Below are positions 38,494 to 47,013 of a stretch of DNA of 59,633 nt, one piece after another. Below the pieces are notes generated by a model that saw nothing but the letters and a program-made list of their open reading frames with translations, made no database searches and was not told the DNA's origin. Source of the DNA: a virus (taxonomy: Duplodnaviria; Caudoviricetes); IMG/VR virus record IMGVR_UViG_3300006169_000036, positions 1 through 59,633 of that record; one strand, 5' to 3'. Every line of letters starts with the position of its first letter. Position 1 is the first letter of the stretch. The position numbers were made by a program, and so were the translations under genes.

Positions 38494-38548
38494 CTCTACG
38501 GTACAGTGTCACTAACGCACGAGCAACCACCGACCCGAGGAGGTCGCC

Positions 38549-38734
38549 ATGGCCGTGACGGCCAAGTACACCCAGCCACTGCAGGTCGTGGAGACGCCCG
38601 AGACCCGCGACCGCATCAAGGCCATCGCCGACCGTGAGGGCATCAGCCAGGCCCAGGTCATCCGCGAGGTGCTGGCGTACGGCCTCCCCGCCCGGGAGCG
38701 CCGCAGCGAGCAGGTCTGGGGGACGGACGACTGA
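38549..38734 (+). CDS. Ribbon-helix-helix (CopG-like) DNA-binding protein
   Basis: LQVVETPETRDRIKAIADREGISQAQVIREVL; GGAGG RBS; TACAGT -10 at 38502. Confidence 0.8.
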   Translation: MAVTAKYTQPLQVVETPETRDRIKAIADREGISQAQVIREVLAYGLPARERRSEQVWGTDD

Positions 38735-38901
38735 TGACCTACTACTTCGAGGACCCCGAACCGCAGCGCGACTGGCGCCCCACGTACCCCGAGAGGGTCG
38801 AGGGCGCGTTCTTCAGCCCGCTCGAGCGGTATGGCCTGCTCAGCCTCGGGTGGGGCGTCGTGATCGTGTTCACCGCCATCGTCCTGGCCCTGGCGACATG
38901 A
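38734..38901 (+). CDS. 55-aa membrane protein, absent from the ORF track
   Basis: TGATG coupling; C-terminal TM segment. Confidence 0.6.
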   Translation: MTYYFEDPEPQRDWRPTYPERVEGAFFSPLERYGLLSLGWGVVIVFTAIVLALAT

Positions 38902-38932
38902 CGAAGCCCCCCGGCCAACAGGCGCGGGGGGC
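38899..38932 (-). terminator. Terminator between convergent genes
   Basis: GCCCCCCG...GGGGGGC stem then TTCGTCA on the - strand. Confidence 0.6.
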
Positions 38933-38952
38933 CACTGCGTAGGCGCAGATCG

Positions 38953-39252
38953 TCAGGCGTTCGGGTCCGGCTCCTCGGGGCCGGGACCGGCCGCCTCGTC
39001 GGAGGAGGCGCTGCCCTCGGTGGCGTTCGCCTGCTCCTGCTGGCGAGCGACCTCGAACGGGCTGGCACCCTCGGCGTGGACGCCGAAGTCCTGCGGGACG
39101 GGGGCCTCCTCTTCGGTGCCGCCCGAGGCGTTCTGCTCCTCGATGCTGGGCACCTCGCCGCGCGCGGCGACACGGTCGCCCTCGGTGGCGAAGACGTTCG
39201 GGTCGCCCTTCGGGGCGTCCTCCGCGGTGTATGCGCCGTTCTCGTCCGGCAT
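38953..39252 (-). CDS. Acidic low-complexity protein
   Basis: GGAGG RBS. Confidence 0.7.
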   Translation of the reverse strand: MPDENGAYTAEDAPKGDPNVFATEGDRVAARGEVPSIEEQNASGGTEEEAPVPQDFGVHAEGASPFEVARQQEQANATEGSASSDEAAGPGPEEPDPNA

Positions 39253-39302
39253 GATGAACCTCCAGGCTCGGGTGGTAGGGATCCCTGAGCTTCAGGGTAG
39301 CA

Positions 39303-39812
39303 TCACTGGGCCGTGAAGCCCGCCGCCACCGTGGTGTTGCCGGCAGGGTCGTTGACGACGACGGCCTTGGCGCCGCCGGTCGTCATGTTCGGCGTGGTGA
39401 CCCGGATCTCGTCGTCGGTGACGAGGGTGAAGGCCGTCCCGGCCACGCCGCCGAAGGTCACGCCGGTCGCGCCGGTGAAGTTGTCGCCCTTCAGGGTGAC
39501 CACCGTGCCGCCCGCGATGGGGCCGACGTTCGGGGAGATCGAGTAGACGCGCGGGGGCAGCGCGGCGGCGTCACCGGCGCCGTACTGGTATGCCGGGACC
39601 GACGTGTAGCCGGTCTTGCTCGCCGGGTCCTCGCGGTTCGCGGCCAGGGTGGGGTCCTGGGCCGGGGTGTAGGTCGCCGTAGGGCCGACGGCCACCTTCG
39701 GCTCGACGTGGGCGTAGCCGTTGTCGACCAGCCACTTCTCCTCGGCCGCGGACAGCGTCACGGTGCCGCCGGGGGCGACGCCGTACGCCGCGGATGTGAG
39801 CCTGACGGTCAC
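39303..39812 (-). CDS. IPT/TIG (Ig-like) domain protein
   Basis: P.V.SISP..GP.AGGT.VTL.G.NFTGAT.VTFGG...FT.V.D..I.V.TP; AGGAGG RBS before GTG 39812. Confidence 0.85.
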   Translation of the reverse strand: MTVRLTSAAYGVAPGGTVTLSAAEEKWLVDNGYAHVEPKVAVGPTATYTPAQDPTLAANREDPASKTGYTSVPAYQYGAGDAAALPPRVYSISPNVGPIAGGTVVTLKGDNFTGATGVTFGGVAGTAFTLVTDDEIRVTTPNMTTGGAKAVVVNDPAGNTTVAAGFTAQ

Positions 39813-39855
39813 GGGAAACCTCCTGGATCGGGTGGGTACTCCAGCCCAGGGTATC

Positions 39856-40158
39856 TCAGCGGGCGCCCGGATGCGCCTCGGGTGGGCGGTTACGCCCTCC
39901 CCTGCGCCTGGCCTTGCCCAGCGCGGCCTCCCGCGCCGTCTTCTGCTTGTGGTGGTGGGGGCACAGCAGCCACAGGTTGCCGAGGTCGTGGCTGTCGGGG
40001 TCCCAGCGGTGGTCGACGTCGGTTCCGCGGCGCGGGCAGCGCTTCCCGGAGCGCAGGATCCAGCGGCACCGGTTCCCGTCACGGCGCTTGACCTCGCGGA
40101 CCAGGGCCGACCAGTTGTCAGGGAGCCTGGCCCGGCGGTCAGAGGAGTCCCAGGGCAT
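39856..40158 (-). CDS. HNH endonuclease (packaging-associated type)
   Basis: V..RDG.RC...C....TDVDH...NL..LC..HH..KT..E. Confidence 0.88.
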   Translation of the reverse strand: MPWDSSDRRARLPDNWSALVREVKRRDGNRCRWILRSGKRCPRRGTDVDHRWDPDSHDLGNLWLLCPHHHKQKTAREAALGKARRRGGRNRPPEAHPGAR

Positions 40159-40661
40159 CAGCGCATGACCCGCCCACCATGGGCGAAGCCATACGCAGCG
40201 GAGTGCCGCCTCAGCGTTACGGGCGCCTGCGAGGCGGGCAGTTGGGCGTCACAGTCGAGGCAGAGGGCGGCGACGATGTCGCCGGTCAGGGCTTCCTCGA
40301 CTCCTACGCGGCGCTCATGGGAGCAGGCTGGGTCCCCGCCGCAACCGTGACGGCGCTTGTGCCAGGGGGTGAGCAGCCAGCCGAGGTAGCCGAGGCTGGC
40401 CAGCATGCCCAGGAGGGGGAACAGCAGGTCGCCCATCGTGATCCTTCGCTTGCGTAGTAGGTGCCACTCCTCGGCGAGGCTGCTCCAGATCATCAGCGGC
40501 CACCAAAGCGCGGTGACGAGGTTCAGCAGCATGAACCAGTCGGACCAGTCATCGACCGCCGACCCGTCCTTCCGGTTCTCGCGGCGCATCCAGCGCACGA
40601 AGAGGAAGTTGTTCAGCAGGCCGACCGCGAGGTACCCCACCCAGAGGGTGTCTTCGCTCAT
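40158..40661 (-). CDS. Membrane protein with C-terminal Cys/His motif
   Basis: Hydrophobic segments then C.HE...CLDC. Confidence 0.6.
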   Translation of the reverse strand: MSEDTLWVGYLAVGLLNNFLFVRWMRRENRKDGSAVDDWSDWFMLLNLVTALWWPLMIWSSLAEEWHLLRKRRITMGDLLFPLLGMLASLGYLGWLLTPWHKRRHGCGGDPACSHERRVGVEEALTGDIVAALCLDCDAQLPASQAPVTLRRHSAAYGFAHGGRVMR

Positions 40662-40686
40662 CGTGGTCCCTTCCTCGGTCGAAGTG

Positions 40687-40764
40687 TGGAGCCGGGGGGA
40701 GTCGAACCCCCGTCCGCCGTCGTTCCGCATGCGGTCCTACGACGTCGAATCACCGTGCAGCCCC
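40687..40764 (-). ncRNA. ssrA: Mini-tmRNA: tRNA-like domain only (78 nt)
   Basis: 5' GGGGCTG...TTCGAC, G3:U acceptor stem, helix 2a, GAC linker, T-arm GGGGG-TTCGACT-CCCCC, discriminator A. Confidence 0.88.
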
Positions 40765-40793
40765 TAGAGGAACCGGAGTGGACTGATGCTAGG

Positions 40794-40923
40794 TCAGACT
40801 TCGCGGCCCTGGGAGCAGCGTAGCGCAGCCTGGTGACAACACCAGTGCAACGCGCCGAGATGCATGCCACGCGTCCAGCCGCACCACTGGCAGACCGGCC
40901 CTGACGCGCGGCGCCACAGCATG
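40794..40923 (-). CDS. Possible ~42-aa Cys/His-rich peptide
   Basis: CQWC...H...HWCCH; coding status and coordinates uncertain. Confidence 0.3.
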
Positions 40924-40950
40924 TGCCAGTCGGCCCAGCCCGTCAGGGAC

Positions 40951-42120
40951 TTACCGCGGAACCAGGATCTCGAGGTCGCCATGACCGTACGGGTGCCCGT
41001 CATCCAGCCGCAGCGTCAGCGCACCCGGGCTCGAGTGCTCCCCGGTGCGGTCGGTGTAGTGCTTGCTGCCCGGGTCCATCGCCGGGGCCTGGTACAGGAA
41101 CCGCTGCCCCGCCTGGGTGGCGAGGAAGTGATGGAAGTGCCCGCTGATCAGGATCTTGCAGCCGCGGACCTCGCGGTACCCGAAGTCCTGGCCCTTGAAC
41201 CACTCCAGGGCCTTCGCCTGCACGGTCGGGCCCTTGCCGAACTTGTGCCCATGGGTGATGCCGACATCGACACCACCTAGCGTCAGGGCGACGGAAAGCT
41301 CGTCGTAGGGGATGACCCAGTCCAGGTCCCAGCCGCCGCGGTCGTAGGCCTCGCGAAGGGCCTCGAACACGGCGACATCGTCGTTGTCGGAGTCATCGGT
41401 GACCTGCTTGCCGTCGTTGCGGTGCTCCCCGTGGTTCCCCGCCACGGTGGCGACGGTGAACCGGTCGAACAGGGGCGCCAGGCTGTCGATGCCGTAGGAC
41501 AGAAGTTCGCGGGCCAGTTTGCACTGGTCGCGGCGGGTGCGGTCAGCGGTGAACGTCTGGGTGTTGTAGTTGCCGTGGCAACCCTCGATGATGTCCCCGA
41601 GGCCGAGGATCGCACCATGGGGCATCGACCGGCCGAGGCGCCGCAGAGACCTGACGCGATGCACGGCCTGGTCGAACGTGTCGGCCACTCGCTCCGCGGT
41701 CTGGTCGGTGCCGACGCTGCCTTCGCGCTTGCCCAGTTGCCAGTCCGCGGCCACGAACGCCCAGGCATCCTTGGCGGTGGCCTGGGCCAGGTTGCGGGGG
41801 CGGCGCTTGCGGATGCGGGCGATGAGCTCGTCGACATGCTCTGCTCGAGCGGCCGGGCCCTCGCCGGCAACGACGTTGAACTTGTAGTAGTACAGCCACT
41901 GGCCGTCGTAGCGCATCCACTTCCGGGTGTTCACCGGGCCCTGGATCTGCCACTCGTCCGGGTTGAACCCGGCGCCGATGAGCAGGTCATGCTCGGTGGC
42001 GTTCGGGCGGGGGAGGCGGACGATGGCCTCCCCGATCTGCTCGGTGTGCTCGGTGTAGGGCTCCCAGCCCTTCGGGACCGACGCGGCGGCGACCCTGTTG
42101 ACGTCGTCTTCGATGGTCAT
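40951..42120 (-). CDS. Calcineurin-like metallophosphoesterase
   Basis: ADWQ, GDIIE, GNHGE, THGH, GHFHH. Confidence 0.9.
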   Translation of the reverse strand: MTIEDDVNRVAAASVPKGWEPYTEHTEQIGEAIVRLPRPNATEHDLLIGAGFNPDEWQIQGPVNTRKWMRYDGQWLYYYKFNVVAGEGPAARAEHVDELIARIRKRRPRNLAQATAKDAWAFVAADWQLGKREGSVGTDQTAERVADTFDQAVHRVRSLRRLGRSMPHGAILGLGDIIEGCHGNYNTQTFTADRTRRDQCKLARELLSYGIDSLAPLFDRFTVATVAGNHGEHRNDGKQVTDDSDNDDVAVFEALREAYDRGGWDLDWVIPYDELSVALTLGGVDVGITHGHKFGKGPTVQAKALEWFKGQDFGYREVRGCKILISGHFHHFLATQAGQRFLYQAPAMDPGSKHYTDRTGEHSSPGALTLRLDDGHPYGHGDLEILVPR

Positions 42121-42332
42121 GCGTGGCCCTCTTTCCGATGGGTCGACACCGAGGGAAGACCGATGTCGTAGCCGTTGCGCTGGAGTATCTGCGAGATGAG
42201 CTTGTTGCCCAGTCTACTCGACAGCGCGGCACGCAGCGCGTTGGCGTCGGAAGTGCTCATCCCCTCCAGCGCCTCACACACCTTGCAGGGGGCGGGGGTC
42301 AGTGCGCGCTGCAGGTCTTCGGAAAGGCTCAT
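42117..42332 (-). CDS. Small CxxC / HTH-like protein
   Basis: CKVC...SV..HR; coupled to the phosphoesterase gene. Confidence 0.65.
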   Translation of the reverse strand: MSLSEDLQRALTPAPCKVCEALEGMSTSDANALRAALSSRLGNKLISQILQRNGYDIGLPSVSTHRKEGHA

Positions 42333-42643
42333 GGCTGCTGTACCTCGTTCTTGTAGTACGCGGTGGCTGTCAGGTGGTAGCCCTGGCAGGTCTGGTGGAA
42401 GTAGAAGCGCTTCTCGGCGCGGGACTGGCCCTTGTGGGCGCGGTTTTGCTGGGCCTGCTTGAGCGCCGCCGCGGCCTGCTGCTCGGTGGCGAAGCGGACC
42501 TTCCGGCCGCAGCGCCCCACAGGCAGCACCATCTTCTCCAGCGGCACCGGTGGCGGGACACGGCGGGGCTTGGTCCGGGGTTCGCCCGCCTTGAGCTTGC
42601 GTACCTGCGGGCGGCGCTTGGCCGCACGGTTCTTGCGTCCCAT
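42329..42643 (-). CDS. Basic zinc-finger-like hypothetical protein
   Basis: C.RKVRF...A...R.Y....C.GYHLT. Confidence 0.7.
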   Translation of the reverse strand: MGRKNRAAKRRPQVRKLKAGEPRTKPRRVPPPVPLEKMVLPVGRCGRKVRFATEQQAAAALKQAQQNRAHKGQSRAEKRFYFHQTCQGYHLTATAYYKNEVQQP

Positions 42644-42644
42644 C

Positions 42645-44975
42645 TCAGTTGGCTCCCGTGAAGAACGACGATGGCGTGGGCACCACCGGTTGCGATGTGT
42701 CGAGTGGCCGCAGGCCGACGTGCCCCCGCGAGGGCTGGTCGACATGCGTGTAGCCGAGGGCCTCGAGCCGGTGGCAGAACTCCTGCCTCTTGAGCTTGCC
42801 GAGGTTCTGCTGGTCGGCCCAGGCGGTGTAGGACCGGTACAGCGAGTGGCAGGTCTCGTGGTGCTCGGGCGCAGGCTGGACGCCATGCTTGACCCACTGG
42901 CGGGACTGGTCGATAGTCTCGGCGAACATGTCCCGGGCCCTGGCCGCGGCGCCCCGCGGGTCAAACTTGCCTCTCGTCATGAGGACGCGAAGTGCCTCGA
43001 CTCCCTTGCGCGCGATGCCGGGCAGTTCGTCAGACAGGCTGTCGGACAGGGAGCGGACGGGGTTGGCGAAGGTGCGGGTGAACTCCAGGATGACCCAGCG
43101 ACGCAGGTAGCCCTCGGACACGTCGGCCGATCCGGGGATCTTGTTCGCGCTGAACACGGGCACGGCCCAAGACTTGAAGGTGAACCTGTCACCGAACTTC
43201 TTCTCCGCGGCGTAGACATCCTCGCCGGTGAGCTTCTTGAAGTTCGCCGTGGACTCCTGGTAGGTGCCGTCGATGTCCCCGGCGATGTTGGCGATGCGTC
43301 CGAACAGGTTGACCGCGGAGAAGCGATGGGTGTTCAGGTCTTCGAGGGACTCCGAGGCGTAGTTCCCTTCGCCCAGCAGGTCACAAATGACGCGGATGAG
43401 GGTGCCCTTGCCGTTGCCGCCGGTGCCGTACAGCATGAACGCGACCTGCAGCGGGTTGCCGGAGTACATGAGGTAGCCGATCATCTCCCAGGCCAGGGGG
43501 ATGAAGTCCGGCTCGAGCACCTCGGCCAGCCAGGAGTCGAAGTGTTTGCACTCGGCGCCCGGGTCCCAGACCGTGCCCAGTTGCACGGTGGACTCGAAGT
43601 CCTCGGAGTGCTCGAGCAGTTCGCCGGTCTCCCATTCCAGCATGCCGTTGGCGAAGTTGATGTACCGGCCATCGGGGTCGTCATGGAGGTGGCGCACGTT
43701 GTGCTTCACCCAGACCTTCGCGTGGTCGCGGTGGGTGTTGCGGTACCGGTTGCCCATCAGGCTCAGGACGCGCTTCTCGACGACATCGGGGTCGGACTTC
43801 CAGACGCCGTTCTCGTAGCGCCAGAAGTCCCGGTTCACCCCGAAGGCCAGCGGCCCCTCGTCGACAACGGCCTGGCCGAGGACACCGACGAGGAAATCCT
43901 TGCCGTGGAAGAACCGCTCAGGTCCCGCAGCCGCAGTGCCGGCAGCGGGGGTGGCCGGGGCCCCGCTGCCCAACGTAGGGTCCGAGAGGCGCGGATCCTT
44001 CCGCACGGTGTCGGCCGTCATGAAGTCATCCGGCGGCCTGCCCTCGGGCATCGCCCGGGCCTTGTCGCCGACCTTCGTGACCGCGGACTGGAAGATCTTG
44101 TTGACCGTCTCGTCGTCGAACTCCGGGTCACGCGGGGCGTGGTCGAACAGATGCTGGTAGGCCCGCTGCTGCGTGTACCCGTTCCAGGGGCTGTTCGCCA
44201 ACTCCAGCAGCGCGCAGGCCACCTCGAACGTCGTGTTGTTCCAGGGCTCCCCGTTCCAGCCCAGCCGCGCGAGCTCCTGCAGGCGCTCCACGTTCGCGGT
44301 GATGGCCTTGCGGGCGTACTGGTCGAGGCGCTTGCGTTCGGACTCGGGGAGGTTGGACCGGTCGGGCACATCGGAGGACATCACGACGGGCCCGGCCGGG
44401 GCCTGCGGGCGCACCATCTCCAGCAGCCAGTCGGGCGCATGGTTCAGCGCCCGGTCGAAGGCCACATAGTCGCCCTTGTCGGTGCGTGAGGGCGGGGCGA
44501 CGACCTGACCACCGGTGCCGCGGATGTCGATGCCGGTGCCCTTGAACGCGGCCGGACTGTTCGTGACCTCGAAGCCGGTAGGCATCTCGAAGTAGAAGTG
44601 CCAGCCCCCGGACCCGGTGCGGACGGCATATGTCTCGGGCATCGGTCGCCCGGCCTTGATGCGCTGCCAGGACTCCAGGCCGCCCTTCTCCGGGTCGATG
44701 TCGAGGACCCAGAACCCCGACGGTGCGCCGGTGGCGATGCCGATGTTCGGTGGCCGGTCGGTACCGAACAGGGCCTCGATGTCGGCGCCGGACAGTTCGG
44801 GGGTGTTCTGCCACGCGGTGTCGAGGGGGTGCTTCCCCTTCGAGGCGCAGTTGCGGCCCTTCCGGCATGAGCAGGTCAGGCCATCGGGCCCGACCCGATG
44901 CAAGGGAATGACCCGCCATCCGCGGTTCCGGTAGAGATGTGCCGCCTGGTCTGCGCTAAGATCTGTGTTGCTCAA
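42645..44975 (-). CDS. Bifunctional primase-polymerase / SF3 (D5-like) helicase
   Basis: NIGIATG, VLDID, TGSGGWH, DIRG.GG.VVAPPS; Walker A GTGGNGKG. Confidence 0.95.
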   Translation of the reverse strand: MSNTDLSADQAAHLYRNRGWRVIPLHRVGPDGLTCSCRKGRNCASKGKHPLDTAWQNTPELSGADIEALFGTDRPPNIGIATGAPSGFWVLDIDPEKGGLESWQRIKAGRPMPETYAVRTGSGGWHFYFEMPTGFEVTNSPAAFKGTGIDIRGTGGQVVAPPSRTDKGDYVAFDRALNHAPDWLLEMVRPQAPAGPVVMSSDVPDRSNLPESERKRLDQYARKAITANVERLQELARLGWNGEPWNNTTFEVACALLELANSPWNGYTQQRAYQHLFDHAPRDPEFDDETVNKIFQSAVTKVGDKARAMPEGRPPDDFMTADTVRKDPRLSDPTLGSGAPATPAAGTAAAGPERFFHGKDFLVGVLGQAVVDEGPLAFGVNRDFWRYENGVWKSDPDVVEKRVLSLMGNRYRNTHRDHAKVWVKHNVRHLHDDPDGRYINFANGMLEWETGELLEHSEDFESTVQLGTVWDPGAECKHFDSWLAEVLEPDFIPLAWEMIGYLMYSGNPLQVAFMLYGTGGNGKGTLIRVICDLLGEGNYASESLEDLNTHRFSAVNLFGRIANIAGDIDGTYQESTANFKKLTGEDVYAAEKKFGDRFTFKSWAVPVFSANKIPGSADVSEGYLRRWVILEFTRTFANPVRSLSDSLSDELPGIARKGVEALRVLMTRGKFDPRGAAARARDMFAETIDQSRQWVKHGVQPAPEHHETCHSLYRSYTAWADQQNLGKLKRQEFCHRLEALGYTHVDQPSRGHVGLRPLDTSQPVVPTPSSFFTGAN

Positions 44976-45063
44976 GGGATGTCCTTCCTTCCCTGGGTCT
45001 GCCCCGCGCTCCCCGGCTGGTCACCGTGGTTGCAGCGCGGGGCTTCTCTTTGCGGGGGAGGGC

Positions 45064-45468
45064 CTAGTCTACCCTGCCCCGCCGACGTTCCTGGATCAGT
45101 GTGTGCATCTCCTGGCGCTGCTTCTCGGTGTAGCCTCCCCAGATCCCGTGCGCCAGGTTCTCGGGCTGCATGCCGAGGTTCAGGCACTCTAGCCGCATCT
45201 TCATCGGGCAGTCCACGAAGCAGGCATCCCGGGCGCGTCGCCGGGCCCGGCCCTCCGGGGTGTCCTTGCCGGACCCGGGGTCCTCGAACCAGTCATCGGC
45301 ATGGTGGCGGTGCTCGGTGCAGCGGCGCTCAACCTGGACCTCCCCCTCCCCCCGGAGGATGCGATGGTTCGAGGGGAGCGCTTCGAGGTCGAGCATGTCC
45401 ACCTCGTCCGGCGACAGGCGCCGCCAGGCGGGGTGGTCGTTGTGCTCGGAGCAGGGGGTGACGATCAT
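45064..45468 (-). CDS. whiB: WhiB-like transcription factor with N-terminal extension
   Basis: C...AC..DCP...R.EC...HGIWGGYTEKQR. Confidence 0.8.
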   Translation of the reverse strand: MIVTPCSEHNDHPAWRRLSPDEVDMLDLEALPSNHRILRGEGEVQVERRCTEHRHHADDWFEDPGSGKDTPEGRARRRARDACFVDCPMKMRLECLNLGMQPENLAHGIWGGYTEKQRQEMHTLIQERRRGRVD

Positions 45469-45700
45469 CGCGCGGACTGCCTCGCCCAGCGGATGGCGAT
45501 GCGATGCCGCAGGCGGGCTGGTCCGACGACGAACAGGAGATCCTCGAGAAGTCTCATGGTTGCAGTATCACCTACTCTCGGCGCCCTGCCCGGCATTGAC
45601 ACGGTGCTCCCACTCGTCGCAGTCGGGGTCGAACACGACGATGACCTTGACGGCGTAGCCTCGGCCGTCGGACCACCGGTCCTCCAGGATGCATGTGCAG

Positions 45701-46135
45701 TCAGGGGCGTGGTGCATGGTCGCGGAGCCTCGCCTTCAGGTCGCGGGCATTCACCAGCCCAAGCTCTCCCTGCCAGTGGCCGGAGGAGAACGTGTACGCG
45801 TCGGGGTCACCGGTGGGCTTGCGGACCCAGGTGGCCGCCGCTCGCTGCCCGGTGGCGGGGTGCCGGAACCGGGCGACGATGCTGTCGACCACGTAGGCGG
45901 GGGTGCCGTCGGCCTCTAGCCACGTCCCCCGGGCGTAGGACACCTCGCAGTCCCAGCCAGCCTTGCGGGCGGCGTTGACGAGAGTCCTCCCGCCGCGGGG
46001 CACCTCGGAGTCAGCGGCTGGTCGTCCGCGCACCTCGGGTGGCGGGACCACCACGGGCGGGTCACCCTCGTCGGCGTCGGCCCAGCGCTGGCGCCCGACG
46101 CGGCGGACGGCTTCGACGGCTGACAGGTCACTCAT
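45701..46135 (-). CDS. Hypothetical protein
   Basis: Coupled ORF. Confidence 0.6.
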   Translation of the reverse strand: MSDLSAVEAVRRVGRQRWADADEGDPPVVVPPPEVRGRPAADSEVPRGGRTLVNAARKAGWDCEVSYARGTWLEADGTPAYVVDSIVARFRHPATGQRAAATWVRKPTGDPDAYTFSSGHWQGELGLVNARDLKARLRDHAPRP

Positions 46136-46299
46136 AGCACCTGGACCCGGTGATGCCTGTCCATGCAGGCGGTCGAGAGGTGATGCAGGGGTGGCCGGTC
46201 GGGCCCCTGGTCGAGGTCGAAGCGGTCGACGACCTCGGCCGGATATGGGCAGTCGGGCTCGGGGCAGTCGACGATCTCGAGGTCATCCAGCGGATGCAT
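46132..46299 (-). CDS. Small Cys/His protein (MHPLDDLEIVDCP...)
   Basis: GGAGG RBS; C.P..C...H....C...H. Confidence 0.6.
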   Translation of the reverse strand: MHPLDDLEIVDCPEPDCPYPAEVVDRFDLDQGPDRPPLHHLSTACMDRHHRVQVL

Positions 46300-46711
46300 C
46301 GGCACCTCCGGTCGGCGGGGCCTGGTCGGCGTCGAGGGCGGCTTGGAACTCACCCACGGGCAACTCGACCTCGGGGTGCAGCCAGTTGCCGTCCGTGTCC
46401 TGGCACAGCGCCCGCACCGCCGCGACCTGCGCCGCGAGGCGGTCGGCCCGGTGCTCAGCGAGCACAGCACGCCGTGATGCCGCCTCGTGTGCCGCCGTTG
46501 CGGAAAGAAGTCGGTCGTTCTGCGCATCTCGCTCCACGTCCCGCTGAAAGCCGACCTCAGACGCTTGTGCTGCGACCTGCGCAGTGGGCACCACCAGCCC
46601 AGAGGCGAGGACGGCGCGGACAGCCCAGCGAGGAACCGACTCGCCCGGCTCCCGCTTCACCACCGACCCCGGGTCACCGATGCAATGCGCCAGGTCATCC
46701 AGCGGATGCAT
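46283..46711 (-). CDS. Hypothetical protein (MHPLDDLAHC...)
   Basis: TGATG coupling. Confidence 0.6.
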   Translation of the reverse strand: MHPLDDLAHCIGDPGSVVKREPGESVPRWAVRAVLASGLVVPTAQVAAQASEVGFQRDVERDAQNDRLLSATAAHEAASRRAVLAEHRADRLAAQVAAVRALCQDTDGNWLHPEVELPVGEFQAALDADQAPPTGGADASAG

Positions 46712-47013
46712 CACCACACCGCCGTCTTGTCGGTCACCCGCAGCCGCCCGGTTCGGTTGGAGAACACGACGCCGACGCGTCCGCGGGACCGGCAGGCGTC
46801 GTACGAGCGGGCTACGGTGAGGTGCCTGCCGTCGCGGATGGTGGCGACCACGCGCCCGTTCGTGTCGAAGATGCGGGCGACGAACGCGACGGTCATGCCG
46901 CGCTCGATCTCCCGGTACTCGGCGCGGGTGACGCAGCCGGGGGTGTCGGCGTAGGCCGGGGGGGCGCAGAAGCCCAGCCCCACCAGCAGCGCCAGGATGC
47001 TCAAAGCTCTCAC
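46711..47013 (-). CDS. Secreted small protein, possibly BLIP/OmlA-like
   Basis: Signal peptide ending AYA-D; VT..EY..I..GMT...V..IF...G pattern; GAGGAGG RBS. Confidence 0.65.
   Translation of the reverse strand: MRALSILALLVGLGFCAPPAYADTPGCVTRAEYREIERGMTVAFVARIFDTNGRVVATIRDGRHLTVARSYDACRSRGRVGVVFSNRTGRLRVTDKTAVW

Noticed and set aside
40687-40715. tmRNA 3' end as an attP core
   Set aside because: No integrase recognised, and the matching 5' half is present and pairs correctly.
40687-40764. Ordinary tRNA-Ala gene
   Set aside because: No D-stem and no 7-nt anticodon loop; the TTCGAC and GGAC signatures are tmRNA-type.
40782-40823. + strand frame ending TDARSDFAALGAA-stop, resembling an ssrA tag, next to the mini-tmRNA
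   Set aside because: It is on the opposite strand and outside the tRNA-like domain, with no clear resume context. Ala-rich ends are common at high GC, so it is probably chance; revisit only if a + strand transcript is found.
36021-42120. SbcCD/Mre11-Rad50 complex from the ATPase and the metallophosphoesterase
   Set aside because: The genes are about 4 kb apart in separate units, and each family occurs alone in actinophages.
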